From Candidatus Deferrimicrobiaceae bacterium (GTDB lineage: Bacteria > Desulfobacterota > Deferrimicrobia > Deferrimicrobiales > Deferrimicrobiaceae): a stretch of DNA of 64,000 bases. The DNA lies in NCBI GenBank assembly GCA_963792415.1, contig CAWBVY010000004.1:448001-512000 (forward strand), read 5' to 3'. This document shows positions 27,831 through 39,704 of the stretch, one piece after another; positions within the stretch are counted from its first letter, which is position 1; every line of letters begins with the position of its first letter. Made by a program: the position numbers and the translations under genes. The notes beneath the pieces are model-generated. The model had not been told where the DNA came from. It saw nothing but the letters and a program-made list of their open reading frames with translations, and searched no databases.

Positions 27831-30800
27831 TCCGGCGCCTCCATCAGGGAAAGGATCCCGAGCAGCGGGAGCTTGACCCAGTTGGGCCGGTTGTTCAGCT
27901 CGTACCCCAGTTCGTAGATCGCTTTTTCCAGAAGGAACGTGTCGAGCAGGATCGACAGCTCCTCCCGGGTACGGGGGAGGAACGCCCCTTCCTTCGCGAC
28001 GGCAAGGTACCCCTGGAGGAACGCCGCCGAAACCCAGGCGTTCCAGCAATCGGCCCACGGCTCGAGGGATTTGACGTCGTCCGACCGGACGCTGCCGCCC
28101 ACCCCCCCGATGAGGGGGGCATAGGAGGCGTAATGGAACGAACGGAGCATCCCCGCCACGTCCCGCACCGGCGACCGCTTGATCCGGCGCTCGGCCAGCG
28201 AGCGGGCCGGCTCCCCTTCGAAATCGATGAGGACGAATTCCTTCCCGGTGAAGAGGACCTGCCCGAGGTGGTAGTCGCCGTGGACCCGGATCCGCATCGC
28301 CGTGATCTTCCGGTCGAGGATTCCCTGGAACCGCTTCAGGATCCTCTCTTCCATATCCAGTACCACCCGCCCCTGCCCGCGATCGGTTTCCGGAAGGGTG
28401 CCGACCCGCTTCCGCAGCAGGGAGAAGGTCTGGGCGGTGAGGTTCCGCATCGACTGGTACAGGGACCGCTGGTAGAACGGCGTGAACGGCTCGGGGGCGA
28501 AGGACGGATTTCCGACGTTCGAGGCCATGGCGAGGTGGAACTCCGCCGTCCGCTCTCCCAGCCGGCGGGCCGACAGGAGGTACGAACCGATGAGGTCGTT
28601 CACCCTCGCGGGAACGACCTCGTCGACCATCCGGAGCGGGCGGGATCCCGGGCACGGGACTTCCTTGATGTCGGCGGACCGCGCCGTGACCCGCTCGAAG
28701 AACCGCCCGAGGTTGTCCAGGGTGTATTGCCACGCGTCCCCCTGGTTCGGGACGAACCCCATCAGGACCGCGAGGGTCATCGGTTCCTCGTGCGCCCTCC
28801 TGTACTGGAGGGAGCCGCCGACGGGAGGGGTGTGGGGGAAGGCCGCCTCCTCCGTCAGGTAGGTCCCGATCTCGAGATCCGGGTTCACTCCCTGGTCGAT
28901 GCGGCGGAAGATCTTCAGGATCATCTTGTCCCCGAAGATCACCGAGCTGTTGCTCTGCTCCGCCTTCCCCGGCACCGGTGCCGGGGCCTCCTTCAACTCG
29001 CCGCGGATCTTCCGGAACGCCCGGGCGGGAACGCCGAGGATTTCTCCCCCCGCGCCCCGGAAGCGCCGCCGGTGACCGATCGTGTCCAGGAAGAACAGGC
29101 ACGATCCCTTGTCCTGCAGCGCGTCGAAGAGAATGTGTTGCCGCGACGCCTCGGCGACCCGGGCGATCACCGCCCCGGGGGCTTCGGCAAGCATCCGCTC
29201 CGCCTCGGGCCCCGACGCAAAGGCGACGGGGAGGGAATAGAGGTCCGGATCCCCCTCCGTGTAATCGGCCTGGACGAGCAGCAGGTGCAGGTGGGACGCC
29301 CCGTTGGCGAGGGGGATCGCTTCCAGGACCCGGGCCCATTTCATGCGACGGGCCTTCCCGGCGAACCAGCGCCGGCTCCGCAGGTAGGCGGGCAGGATCT
29401 TCTCCAGCGTCCCGCGAAGGTCCTTCCGGAACAGGCTGTCCGGACCGCCCTTGACCTGCAGGAGCGGCGCCTGGGTCTCGGCGGGGATCGTTGCCGTGGC
29501 GGTCTCCTTCTCCCTGTCGGGACTCTCCAGGGAGAACCAGTAGAAGATGTGCGCACCGAGGGTGAGGAAGTACGGAGAATCCTTGATGGCGGGGAACTCG
29601 GTCTTCCCGACCAGCTCCACGGGGACCTTTCCCTTGTGCGCGGACAGGTCGAGCTCCACGAACTGGGGGAAGCGGGAAAGGTTCGCCACCACCAGGACCA
29701 GCTCGCCCTCGAACATCCGGAGAAACGCCAGCACCTTGTGGTTCTCCGGGGTGAGGAACTCGATGGAGCCCCTGCCGAAGGCCTTGAACTGCTTCCGCAG
29801 GGCGATGACCCGCTTCATCCACCAGAGCATGGAACTGGCGTTGTTCTGGCGCGCCTCGACGTTGACCGTCTCGTAGTGGTAATCCGGGTCGATCGTCACC
29901 GGAAGGAACATCCTCTGGGAGCTGGCGCGGGAGAACCCGGCGTTGCGGTCCGAGTTCCACTGCATCGGGGTGCGCACGCCGTTGCGGTCGCCGATGTAGA
30001 TGTTGTCCCCCATGCCGATCTCGTCGCCGTAGTAGAGGACGGGCGTCCCCGGGAGGGAGAGGAGGAGCGCGTTCATCAGCTCGAACTTCTTCCGGTCCTT
30101 CCCCAGCAGGGGGTAGAGCCGGCGGCGGATCCCGAGGTTGATCCTCGCGTGCGGGTCGTTGGCGTACACGCGGTACATGTAGTCCCGCTCCTCGTCGGTG
30201 ACCATTTCGAGGGTCAGCTCGTCGTGGTTCCGGAGGAACAGGGCCCACTGGCAATTCGCGTGGATCGGCGGGGTCTGCGACAGGATGTCGATGATCGGGT
30301 ACCGGTCCTCCATCCGGATCGCCATGAACATCCGGGGCATCAGCGGGAAGTGGAACGCCATGTGGCATTCGTCCCCGTCCCCGAAATAGGCGGCCGCGTC
30401 TTCGGGCCACTGGTTCGCCTCCGCCAGCAGCATGCGGTTGGGGTACCGCTCGTCCACGCGCTTCCGGATCGTCTTGAGCGCCTTGTGCGTCTCGGGGAGG
30501 TTCTCGCAGCTGGTCCCTTCCCGCTCGTAGAGGTACGGCACGGCGTCGAGCCGAAGGCCGTCCACTCCCATGGCCAGCCAGAACTGCATCGTCTGGAGCA
30601 TGATCTTGCGGACCTCGGGGTTGTCGAAGTTCAGGTCCGGCTGGTGGGAGTAGAACCGGTGCCAGTAGTAGGCGTTCGCCAGCGGGTCCCACGTCCAGTT
30701 GGCGGACTCGAAATCCTTGAAGATGATCCGCGCGTCCCGGTACCGGTCCGGCGAGTCGCTCCAGACGTAGAAGTCCCGCCACCTGCTGCCCGGGGGGGAC

Positions 30801-31183
30801 CTGCGGGCCCTCTGGAACCACGGGTGCTGGTCCGAGGTGTGGTTCAGGACGAGCTCGGTGATGACCCGGAGACCGCGGCGGTGCGCTTCGCGCAGGAACA
30901 GCCGGAAATCGGACAGCCCCCCGTAGGCCGGGTTCACGGCGGTGTAGTTGGAGATGTCGTAGCCGTCGTCCTTCAGGGGGGAAGGGTAGAAGGGGAGGAG
31001 CCAGAGGGCGGTGACGCCGAGGTCCTGCAGGTAGTCCAGTTTCTCGGTCAACCCCCGGAAATCCCCGATGCCGTCGCCGTCGCTGTCGAAAAAGGAACGG
31101 ACGTGCAGTTCGTAGATGACCGCGTCCTGGTACCACAACGGGTCGTCCCCGAGCAGGATCTTTTTCTTCTCTTTTCCTTTCAT
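27827..31183 (-). CDS. treS: Trehalose synthase TreS fused to maltokinase (Mak/Pep2)
   Basis: FFDSDGDGIGDF, SPLKDDGYDI, NHTSDQHPWF, RLDAVPYL, FLRNHDELTLE; C-terminal EQSNSS, RVHGDYHLGQ, IDFEGEP, RDVAGMLRSF. Confidence 0.96.
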   Translation of the reverse strand: MKGKEKKKILLGDDPLWYQDAVIYELHVRSFFDSDGDGIGDFRGLTEKLDYLQDLGVTALWLLPFYPSPLKDDGYDISNYTAVNPAYGGLSDFRLFLREAHRRGLRVITELVLNHTSDQHPWFQRARRSPPGSRWRDFYVWSDSPDRYRDARIIFKDFESANWTWDPLANAYYWHRFYSHQPDLNFDNPEVRKIMLQTMQFWLAMGVDGLRLDAVPYLYEREGTSCENLPETHKALKTIRKRVDERYPNRMLLAEANQWPEDAAAYFGDGDECHMAFHFPLMPRMFMAIRMEDRYPIIDILSQTPPIHANCQWALFLRNHDELTLEMVTDEERDYMYRVYANDPHARINLGIRRRLYPLLGKDRKKFELMNALLLSLPGTPVLYYGDEIGMGDNIYIGDRNGVRTPMQWNSDRNAGFSRASSQRMFLPVTIDPDYHYETVNVEARQNNASSMLWWMKRVIALRKQFKAFGRGSIEFLTPENHKVLAFLRMFEGELVLVVANLSRFPQFVELDLSAHKGKVPVELVGKTEFPAIKDSPYFLTLGAHIFYWFSLESPDREKETATATIPAETQAPLLQVKGGPDSLFRKDLRGTLEKILPAYLRSRRWFAGKARRMKWARVLEAIPLANGASHLHLLLVQADYTEGDPDLYSLPVAFASGPEAERMLAEAPGAVIARVAEASRQHILFDALQDKGSCLFFLDTIGHRRRFRGAGGEILGVPARAFRKIRGELKEAPAPVPGKAEQSNSSVIFGDKMILKIFRRIDQGVNPDLEIGTYLTEEAAFPHTPPVGGSLQYRRAHEEPMTLAVLMGFVPNQGDAWQYTLDNLGRFFERVTARSADIKEVPCPGSRPLRMVDEVVPARVNDLIGSYLLSARRLGERTAEFHLAMASNVGNPSFAPEPFTPFYQRSLYQSMRNLTAQTFSLLRKRVGTLPETDRGQGRVVLDMEERILKRFQGILDRKITAMRIRVHGDYHLGQVLFTGKEFVLIDFEGEPARSLAERRIKRSPVRDVAGMLRSFHYASYAPLIGGVGGSVRSDDVKSLEPWADCWNAWVSAAFLQGYLAVAKEGAFLPRTREELSILLDTFLLEKAIYELGYELNNRPNWVKLPLLGILSLMEAPE

Positions 31184-31205
31184 CGGTTCCCTTGTCCCCT
31201 TCCCG

Positions 31206-33197
<1,992 letters not shown>

Positions 33198-33224
33198 AGG
33201 GGTCCTCCCAAAGAGGTTTTCAGG

Positions 33225-33251
33225 CAAATGATTTGTATGCAAACTATCTTA
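33225..33251 (-). promoter_or_regulatory. Palindromic operator copy and promoter of the glgE operon
   Basis: CAAATGATTTGTATG (33225-33239) identical to part of copy 1; minus-strand TAAGAT at 33246-33251. Confidence 0.65.
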
Positions 33252-33295
33252 CTATTTCATCCGATCGAACGCAACCATGACCGCCCCGGTTCCGG

Positions 33296-34606
33296 GTGCT
33301 GGCTTTTTCGTGTCAGGCATGCTTAACTACTCCCGTTTGTTACGCACCAATACCCAGGGCGGGTACCAATAACCTGAAGATCCTCCAGACCGGCAACCCT
33401 CCCATCCCCCGCCAGGCACTCCGCGAATCGATCCTTCTTCTGGAACGGAACCTCACCCCGCGGGGGATCGCCGCGGCTTCCGCCTCGCCGGAATCCGCCG
33501 CCCGGAACTACACGCGCGTGTTCTGCAGGGACGCGTCCATCTCCGCGATGGGAATGGCGGTATCCGGAGATCCGTCGCTCCGGGAAGGTGCGATGGCCGG
33601 ACTGGATTTCCTGGCTTGCCACCAGGCGGAGAACGGGCAGATCCCGAATTTCGTCGCCCCGGAAACCGGCGAGACCGACTTCTGGTACCTGGGGTGCATC
33701 GACGCGACCCTCTGGTGGCTTGCGGCCGTCGCGTTCTGGTCGCGGCACTTCCCAGAGGATTGCGTCGAGGAGAGGTTCCGCGGGCGGATCGACACCGCCC
33801 TCCGGTGGCTTCTGTGCCAGGAGCACCAGAAGATCCGCCTGCTGCAGCAGAACGAGGCGAGCGACTGGGCCGACATCATGCCCCGGTCGGGGTTCGTTCT
33901 CTATACCAACGCCTTGTGGTACCACGTGAAGCGCGTGTACTCGATCCCCGGCGCGGAGGAGACCCGGCGCAATTTCAACACGCTCTTCTCGCCGTCCGCC
34001 GGGGAGTTGCCGGAATACCGCCGCATGCGCCTCTTGACGCGCTACGTCCGCAACGGGGGAAAACGCGGGGACCTGTACCTGAGCTACGTGAACTTTTCCA
34101 CCTGGGGCGGGGAGGGGGACGTCTTCGGGAACCTGCTTGCGGTTCTCTTCGGCCTTGCGGACGAGAAAAGGGCGAACCGGATCCTCGACGAACTCCTGGC
34201 GGCGGGGGTCGATGTCCCGAACCCCGTTCGGGCCGTCTGCGATCCCATCCGCCCGTCCAGCCCGCAATGGCGCGCCTACATGGGGAGGCACCGGCAGAAC
34301 GCGGAGTACCAGTACCACAACGGGGGCGCGTGGCCTTTCCTCGGGGGATTCTGGGCGATGGCGCTTGCGTCCCTGGGGCGAATCCTTGAGGCCGCCGACG
34401 CGGTTTCCCGGGTGGCCCGGATGAACAGCGCCAACGGGTGGGCGTTCCACGAGTGGTTCCACGGCAGGACGGGGGAACCGCGCGGGATGCCGGGGCAGTC
34501 GTGGAACGCGGCGGCGTACATCCTCGCGGAACGCTCCCTCGAGCGGCCCCTGTTCGGCGGTCCGGATGCCACTTCTCCTTCCCTCGGGAGTCCCCGGGGA
34601 GCCTGA
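33296..34606 (+). CDS. (alpha/alpha)6 glycoside hydrolase, GH100 invertase-like / amylo-alpha-1,6-glucosidase-like; start codon uncertain
   Basis: NYTRVFCRDASI, HQAENGQIP, IDATLWW, DWADIM, YQYHNGGAWPF, FHEWFHG, QSWNAA. Confidence 0.8.
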   Translation: MLAFSCQACLTTPVCYAPIPRAGTNNLKILQTGNPPIPRQALRESILLLERNLTPRGIAAASASPESAARNYTRVFCRDASISAMGMAVSGDPSLREGAMAGLDFLACHQAENGQIPNFVAPETGETDFWYLGCIDATLWWLAAVAFWSRHFPEDCVEERFRGRIDTALRWLLCQEHQKIRLLQQNEASDWADIMPRSGFVLYTNALWYHVKRVYSIPGAEETRRNFNTLFSPSAGELPEYRRMRLLTRYVRNGGKRGDLYLSYVNFSTWGGEGDVFGNLLAVLFGLADEKRANRILDELLAAGVDVPNPVRAVCDPIRPSSPQWRAYMGRHRQNAEYQYHNGGAWPFLGGFWAMALASLGRILEAADAVSRVARMNSANGWAFHEWFHGRTGEPRGMPGQSWNAAAYILAERSLERPLFGGPDATSPSLGSPRGA

Positions 34607-34714
34607 AAAAGGCTCCTGATATCTGTTATATTCCCCTGGGAGCGGCGCGCGTCCCTGACACGTGCATGGTTCGACGACGGGTCGCCCGTTCCTTCGGGGA
34701 GGAGGGGAGAATCG

Positions 34715-35716
34715 GTGCGGCTCAATCCCGGAACACGGCTGCTCATCCTGCTGGCGGCGTCGGTCGCTGCGCTGATCACCCTGGGAATTTTCCTTCCCGA
34801 GCACCTTCCGTCCCTGTACGGCAGCCTGCGCGCCGACGTCCGCACCGCGCTGGTCCGCCCGTACTTCCAGATCGGCAAACTGCCGGTCACCCCGTTCTTC
34901 CTCGTCAAGGCGGTTCTTTTCCTTTTCCTCCTCAGCGTCGTCACCGGCGCGATCCGGCGGTTCCTGTTGCACCGTGCTTTGATCCGCACGTCGCTGGACG
35001 AGGGGCAGCGGTACGCTTTCGCCCATATCATGGGATACGTGGTCTACCTGCTCGGCCTTCTGATCGGACTGCAGTTGATCGGCCTGAACCTGAGCAACCT
35101 CGTTCTCCTGGGGAGCGCCATCGGGGTCGGGTTGGGGTTCGGTCTGCAGAACATCGCGAACAACTTCGTGTCGGGGCTCATCATCCTGACCGAACGGCCC
35201 ATCCGGGTAGGGGACCGGGTCGATGTTGGCGAGACAAACGGGGACGTGGTCCGGATCGGGTCGCGCAGCACCTGGGTCAAGACCAACGACAACGTGGTGA
35301 TCATCATCCCGAACTCCGAGTTCATCAACAACCGGGTCACCAACTGGACGGTGAACGACCGGAAGGTCCGTTTCAACATCCCCCTCGGCGTATCGTACGG
35401 GAGCGACCCGGAGCGCGTGCGGGAGGTGCTGCTCGAGGTGGCCGGCCGGCACCCCGACGTCCTGAAGGATCCCGGGCCGCAAATCCTCTTCAAGGGTTTC
35501 GGCGACAGCTCCCTGGATTTCGATCTGCGGGTGTGGACGACCACGCGGGTGCAGACGCCGCTGCCCCTGGCCAGCGAGCTCTACTTCTCCATTTTCCGCG
35601 CCTTCAAGGAGAACGGGATCGAGATCCCGTTCCCGCAGAGGGACCTGCACCTGAAGTCGGTCTCCCCCTCCATCGGCGTTGAGCGGGTCGCGGCGGATCC
35701 GCGGAAAGACGGTTGA
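34715..35716 (+). CDS. MscS-family mechanosensitive channel (MscK C-terminus-like)
   Basis: IGVGLGFGLQNIANNFVSGLIIL, ERPIRVGD, IPNSEF, GVSYGSD, FGDSSLDF, IEIPFPQRDL. Confidence 0.93.
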   Translation: MRLNPGTRLLILLAASVAALITLGIFLPEHLPSLYGSLRADVRTALVRPYFQIGKLPVTPFFLVKAVLFLFLLSVVTGAIRRFLLHRALIRTSLDEGQRYAFAHIMGYVVYLLGLLIGLQLIGLNLSNLVLLGSAIGVGLGFGLQNIANNFVSGLIILTERPIRVGDRVDVGETNGDVVRIGSRSTWVKTNDNVVIIIPNSEFINNRVTNWTVNDRKVRFNIPLGVSYGSDPERVREVLLEVAGRHPDVLKDPGPQILFKGFGDSSLDFDLRVWTTTRVQTPLPLASELYFSIFRAFKENGIEIPFPQRDLHLKSVSPSIGVERVAADPRKDG

Positions 35717-36564
35717 ACCTCCGGGGCTACCTCCAGCGGCGGGTGGACCGGCCTCTCGTCGTCGTGGCCGCCGCCGTCTCCGTCGTCCTGATCGGCGCTC
35801 TGGACTACGCCACGGGCCCCGGGATCTCGTTGATTCTTTTCTACCTGGTCCCGATCGGGCTGGTCGCCTGGTTCGAGGGGCTGATCCCCGGGGTCGCGAT
35901 CTCCGTTTTCGCGTCCCTGCTCCTGTTCCTGACGCGTTCCCATGTAGCAGGGAGAGCGGATCCGGACCATTTCCACTACTGGAACGTCTTCATGCGGTTC
36001 GGCGTCTTCGTGGTCGTGGCCTACGTCGTGTCCATGCAGGCGGTCATCCGCAACCTCCTGCGGCGCGAGAAGGAGCTTTCCCGGCGGGACATCCTCACCG
36101 GCGCGGTGAACCGTCGGGAGTTCATCGAGCTGCTTTCCGCCGAGATTCTCCGGATGATGCGCTACGGAAGACACTTCTCGCTCGCGTACATCGACCTCGA
36201 CAATTTCAAGTCCGTCAACGACGCGCGGGGCCACGCTTCCGGAGACCGGCTCCTCCGCATCGTGGCGGAGGGGCTGCGGGATGCCGTACGGTCCTCCGAC
36301 GTGGTCGCCAGGCTCGGGGGGGACGAGTTCGCGATCCTGCTCCCGGAGACCGGCGCCGCGGCCGCGGAAGCCGTGATCCGGAAGGTTCAAGGGACGGTCG
36401 ACGCTCTCCTGCGGGAGGGCCTGTGGGACGTGACGATGAGCATCGGGCTCCTCAGCTGCGAGAGTGCGCCCGAATCCTCCGATCAGGCGTTACGCCTGGC
36501 GGATTCCCTGATGTATCGCGCGAAGAGCGAGGGGAAGAACCGGGTGTGCCACGAGGTGATCTGA
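35713..36564 (+). CDS. Membrane-bound diguanylate cyclase
   Basis: Four N-terminal TM helices; DILTGAVNRR, DLDNFKSVND..GH..GD, I-site RSSD, RLGGDEF. Confidence 0.92.
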   Translation: MNLRGYLQRRVDRPLVVVAAAVSVVLIGALDYATGPGISLILFYLVPIGLVAWFEGLIPGVAISVFASLLLFLTRSHVAGRADPDHFHYWNVFMRFGVFVVVAYVVSMQAVIRNLLRREKELSRRDILTGAVNRREFIELLSAEILRMMRYGRHFSLAYIDLDNFKSVNDARGHASGDRLLRIVAEGLRDAVRSSDVVARLGGDEFAILLPETGAAAAEAVIRKVQGTVDALLREGLWDVTMSIGLLSCESAPESSDQALRLADSLMYRAKSEGKNRVCHEVI

Positions 36565-36590
36565 AGCTTCGCGGGACGATCGCCGTTCCC

Positions 36591-37316
36591 CTACGGGTCC
36601 CCTTTTTCGGAATCGCCCGCCCTCCGGTTCTTTTTTGCGGTGGTAGGGAGATCTCCCTCCTCCACCTTCTCCACCTTGGAGATGCGCCGGATGATCTCCC
36701 GCGCCTTCTCCTGCCCCCCCAGGCCGAACGCCAGCCCGAGACCCCCGAGGACGATCAGGAACGCCCCGAAGAGGAAGCGCGTCGCCACGTTCAGCTGCTC
36801 CAGCGCCGTCCCGAGCGCAATGACGATCACCAGGTACTGGACCCCTTTCCCGATGAGATTCGCCTCCTTGACCTGGGCGGTCTTGGCGAAGGCCCGCGCG
36901 AATCTCCCGGCCAGCCCGCCCATCCACGCACCGAGCGCGACGATGACGACCGCGAGGAACAGGTTTGGCAGGAACGACACGAAGTGGTCGATGAGCCGTT
37001 CCACCGAGGAGAGGCCCAGGGAGTGCGCCGCCGTGCCGGTGAACACCAGGATCACCACCCAGAAGACGACCGCGCCGATGAGCTCGAAGAAGGGGTACCG
37101 TATGTCCCCCACCTCGAGGATCCGGAGGGCCGGGGTGTTCCTCGCCAGCTTCTCCCAGCCGATCGAGTTCAGGAGCTTGATGACGAGGAACCGGATCCCC
37201 AGGGCGATGGCGATGCCGATGACCAGCAGGACGACGGCGGCGAGGAAGTTCGGAAGGAAGTCGCCGATCCGGGTCCAGAGGTTCTCCAGCGGTGTGACGA
37301 TGGAACGGCCTGTCAT
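36591..37316 (-). CDS. TM-helix repeat membrane protein (CmpX / MscS-associated)
   Basis: Twice-repeated FLPNFLAAVVLLVIG / FLPNLFLAVVIVALG; ALEQL; LAFGLGG. Confidence 0.8.
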   Translation of the reverse strand: MTGRSIVTPLENLWTRIGDFLPNFLAAVVLLVIGIAIALGIRFLVIKLLNSIGWEKLARNTPALRILEVGDIRYPFFELIGAVVFWVVILVFTGTAAHSLGLSSVERLIDHFVSFLPNLFLAVVIVALGAWMGGLAGRFARAFAKTAQVKEANLIGKGVQYLVIVIALGTALEQLNVATRFLFGAFLIVLGGLGLAFGLGGQEKAREIIRRISKVEKVEEGDLPTTAKKNRRAGDSEKGDP

Positions 37317-37326
37317 GGTGCCCCCT

Positions 37327-39606
37327 TCATCGCCCGGTCAGGATGCCCGACAGCCGGGAGGATTTCCGCTCCTGGTACCTTTTGAGGAGAAGGATGGGAG
37401 CGTCGGTTCCCTCCATCACCCGCTCCTCCACCTCGGAGGTGAACAGGGAGGAGAGCTTTCCCGCGTAGCGGGAGGCTCCCATCAGCAGCAGGTCGGTTTC
37501 CCGGACCTCTGCGATGATGCTCCCGGCGACGTCCTCGGAGTGCAGCACACGCTTCTCCACCGGGGCGGCAAAAGGCAGGTCCTTCGTGATCTCCTCCATC
37601 CATTCGGCGGCCTGCTGCTCCTCCCCGCGGGAAGCGTGCGACGGGATCAGGTGCAGCAGGGTGACCGGCAGGCCAAGTTCCTTGGAAATCGCGGGCGCCA
37701 CGTTGACGGCCAGCCGGCAGGAGGGGGTGTCCTCGACGGCGAGCAGCAGCCGCTTGACCTGGACGAGGCTCTCCCCCCGGAAGATCCCCACGTTGCAGGG
37801 GGCGTGCTCCAGGACGTTGAGCAGGACGATCTCGCGGAACTGCCCGGTCCACCCCTCTTTCCGCAAGGGACCCACGAGGATGAAGTTCCCCTTCTCCTCC
37901 CGCGCGGTCTCGAGGATGCCGTAGGAGAGCCGGTGGGAGATCTTGATGAACCGGTGGAATTCGGCGTTGCGCTCGGAGGCGATCTTCTCCGCCAGCCGGA
38001 GAAACGTACGCGATTCGGTCAGGTCGCCCGAATATCGATTCAGGGCGACGTTCGGGGGGGCCTCGACGACCGACACGGCGGTCACCTCCCCCTCGTAGTT
38101 CTTCGCCAGGGCGCAGGCGAGCTTCATGAGGGGGCGCACCTGTTCCTGGCGGAACGGGACGGTGATCACCCGGTAATCCTTCCGCGCCATCTCCGCTTCG
38201 GCCAGGGCAAGCACCGAAAGGGCCTGCGCCTCGGTCTTGGAGGCGTAGAGCTTGTACACCGTGAGTCCGAGGAGGACCCACCCCACCACGGTCACCCAGG
38301 CCGCCGGGCTGTAGACGAACATGTAGACGGCGATGAACAGTTGCGTGAGGATCCCGACGGCGGGGACCAGGGGGACCAGCGGCACCCGGAACCCACGCTT
38401 GAGGTTCGGGTGGGTCTTGCGCATCCGGATCAGGGTCACGTTCACCTGGAGGAAGACGAGGAGGTACATGATATCCGCCGTGCTCGCCACGTCCTCGATC
38501 GGCAGGGAAAGCGCCATGAAGATGACGATCACCGCCGAGGCGCCGATGGCGAGATGGGGAGTCCTCTTCTCCGTGTGAATCTTTCCGAGAAAGGCGGGGA
38601 GGTTGTGATCCCGCGCCATGGCGAGGGCGACGCGGGAGGAGGAGAAGATGGTGGCCAGCAGCGCGCTCAAGGTGGAGAGAAGCCCCCCGACGAGCACGAT
38701 CACCCCGCCTCCGGGGGCGAACTGCCGCGCCGCCTCGACGATCGCAAGTTCCTTCATGTCCCCGAGGAACCGCCAGGAGGGCATTCCTTCCATGTGGGTG
38801 GCGCCGATCGCGACGAAAGCGACCAGGAGGTAGATCGGAATGACGATACCCAGGGCCAGGAAGATCGCCCGGGGGACGCTCCGTGCGGGATCCATCACCT
38901 CTTCGCTGCACTGGGCGATCACCTCGTACCCCTGGAAGGCGATGAAGGTAAGCCCCATGGCGCTGAAGATCGCCCCGAATCCCATCGGAAGGAAGGGGTC
39001 GAAGCTCCCCTTCCACTCCGGCATCCCCCGCATGGCCCAGAGACCGAAACCGATGAACAGGAGGATGACGACCACTTTGCACAGCGTGATGATGGTTCCC
39101 GCCAGTCCCGCCTCGGAAGCCCCACGGTAGTTGACGTAGGCCATCAGGAGGCACGCGCCCACGGCGAGGGTCTTCTCGATGGAGAAGTACGGGATGAGAG
39201 GAATGTGGATGCCGAACCCCTCGAGCACGTGTCCGAAGTAGGCGCCGAACCCCAGGGCGTAGAGACTGCAGGCCACCGAGGAGGCGAACCAGGTCATCCA
39301 CCCGGCCAGGAACCCGTTCGGGTGGGGGAGGGAGCTTTTCACCCACAGGTACCCGCCGCCCGCGGTGTGGAAGCAGGAACCCAGCTCCGCGTACGCCATC
39401 GCGGTGAAAAGCGTGACCATGCCGTTGAGCCCGAAGGCGATGATCAGGCCCGGCCCCGCCACTCCTGCGGCGATCCCGGTCAACACGAAGATCCCCGCGC
39501 CGATCATCGCCCCGACGCCGATCATCGCGACGCTGAAGGAGGTCATCTCGCGGCTCAGCCGGACTTCTTCGGTGCCTTTGCGGTACCCGGGCACGGAGGT
39601 GCTCAT
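37327..39606 (-). CDS. APC-family amino acid permease with C-terminal universal stress protein domains
   Basis: GVGAMIGAGIF, YAELGS, FIAFQGYE, SSSRVALAMARD; C-terminal VLEHAPCNV and DLLLMGAS...APILLLK USP patterns. Confidence 0.9.
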   Translation of the reverse strand: MSTSVPGYRKGTEEVRLSREMTSFSVAMIGVGAMIGAGIFVLTGIAAGVAGPGLIIAFGLNGMVTLFTAMAYAELGSCFHTAGGGYLWVKSSLPHPNGFLAGWMTWFASSVACSLYALGFGAYFGHVLEGFGIHIPLIPYFSIEKTLAVGACLLMAYVNYRGASEAGLAGTIITLCKVVVILLFIGFGLWAMRGMPEWKGSFDPFLPMGFGAIFSAMGLTFIAFQGYEVIAQCSEEVMDPARSVPRAIFLALGIVIPIYLLVAFVAIGATHMEGMPSWRFLGDMKELAIVEAARQFAPGGGVIVLVGGLLSTLSALLATIFSSSRVALAMARDHNLPAFLGKIHTEKRTPHLAIGASAVIVIFMALSLPIEDVASTADIMYLLVFLQVNVTLIRMRKTHPNLKRGFRVPLVPLVPAVGILTQLFIAVYMFVYSPAAWVTVVGWVLLGLTVYKLYASKTEAQALSVLALAEAEMARKDYRVITVPFRQEQVRPLMKLACALAKNYEGEVTAVSVVEAPPNVALNRYSGDLTESRTFLRLAEKIASERNAEFHRFIKISHRLSYGILETAREEKGNFILVGPLRKEGWTGQFREIVLLNVLEHAPCNVGIFRGESLVQVKRLLLAVEDTPSCRLAVNVAPAISKELGLPVTLLHLIPSHASRGEEQQAAEWMEEITKDLPFAAPVEKRVLHSEDVAGSIIAEVRETDLLLMGASRYAGKLSSLFTSEVEERVMEGTDAPILLLKRYQERKSSRLSGILTGR

Positions 39607-39704
39607 TCGCTCCTTCAGGAAACGGGAAATTTTTCGGTGTCAGGATACCGCAAGAAAAGCTGGATAGCGCGGATTATTGCCGTGAACGGGACGGTTTCTC
39701 CGGA

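Noticed and set aside
25689-31136. 1815-aa ORF as a giant MalQ fusion
   Set aside because: The upstream portion is an off-frame overlap of treS; MalQ starts at GTG 27830.
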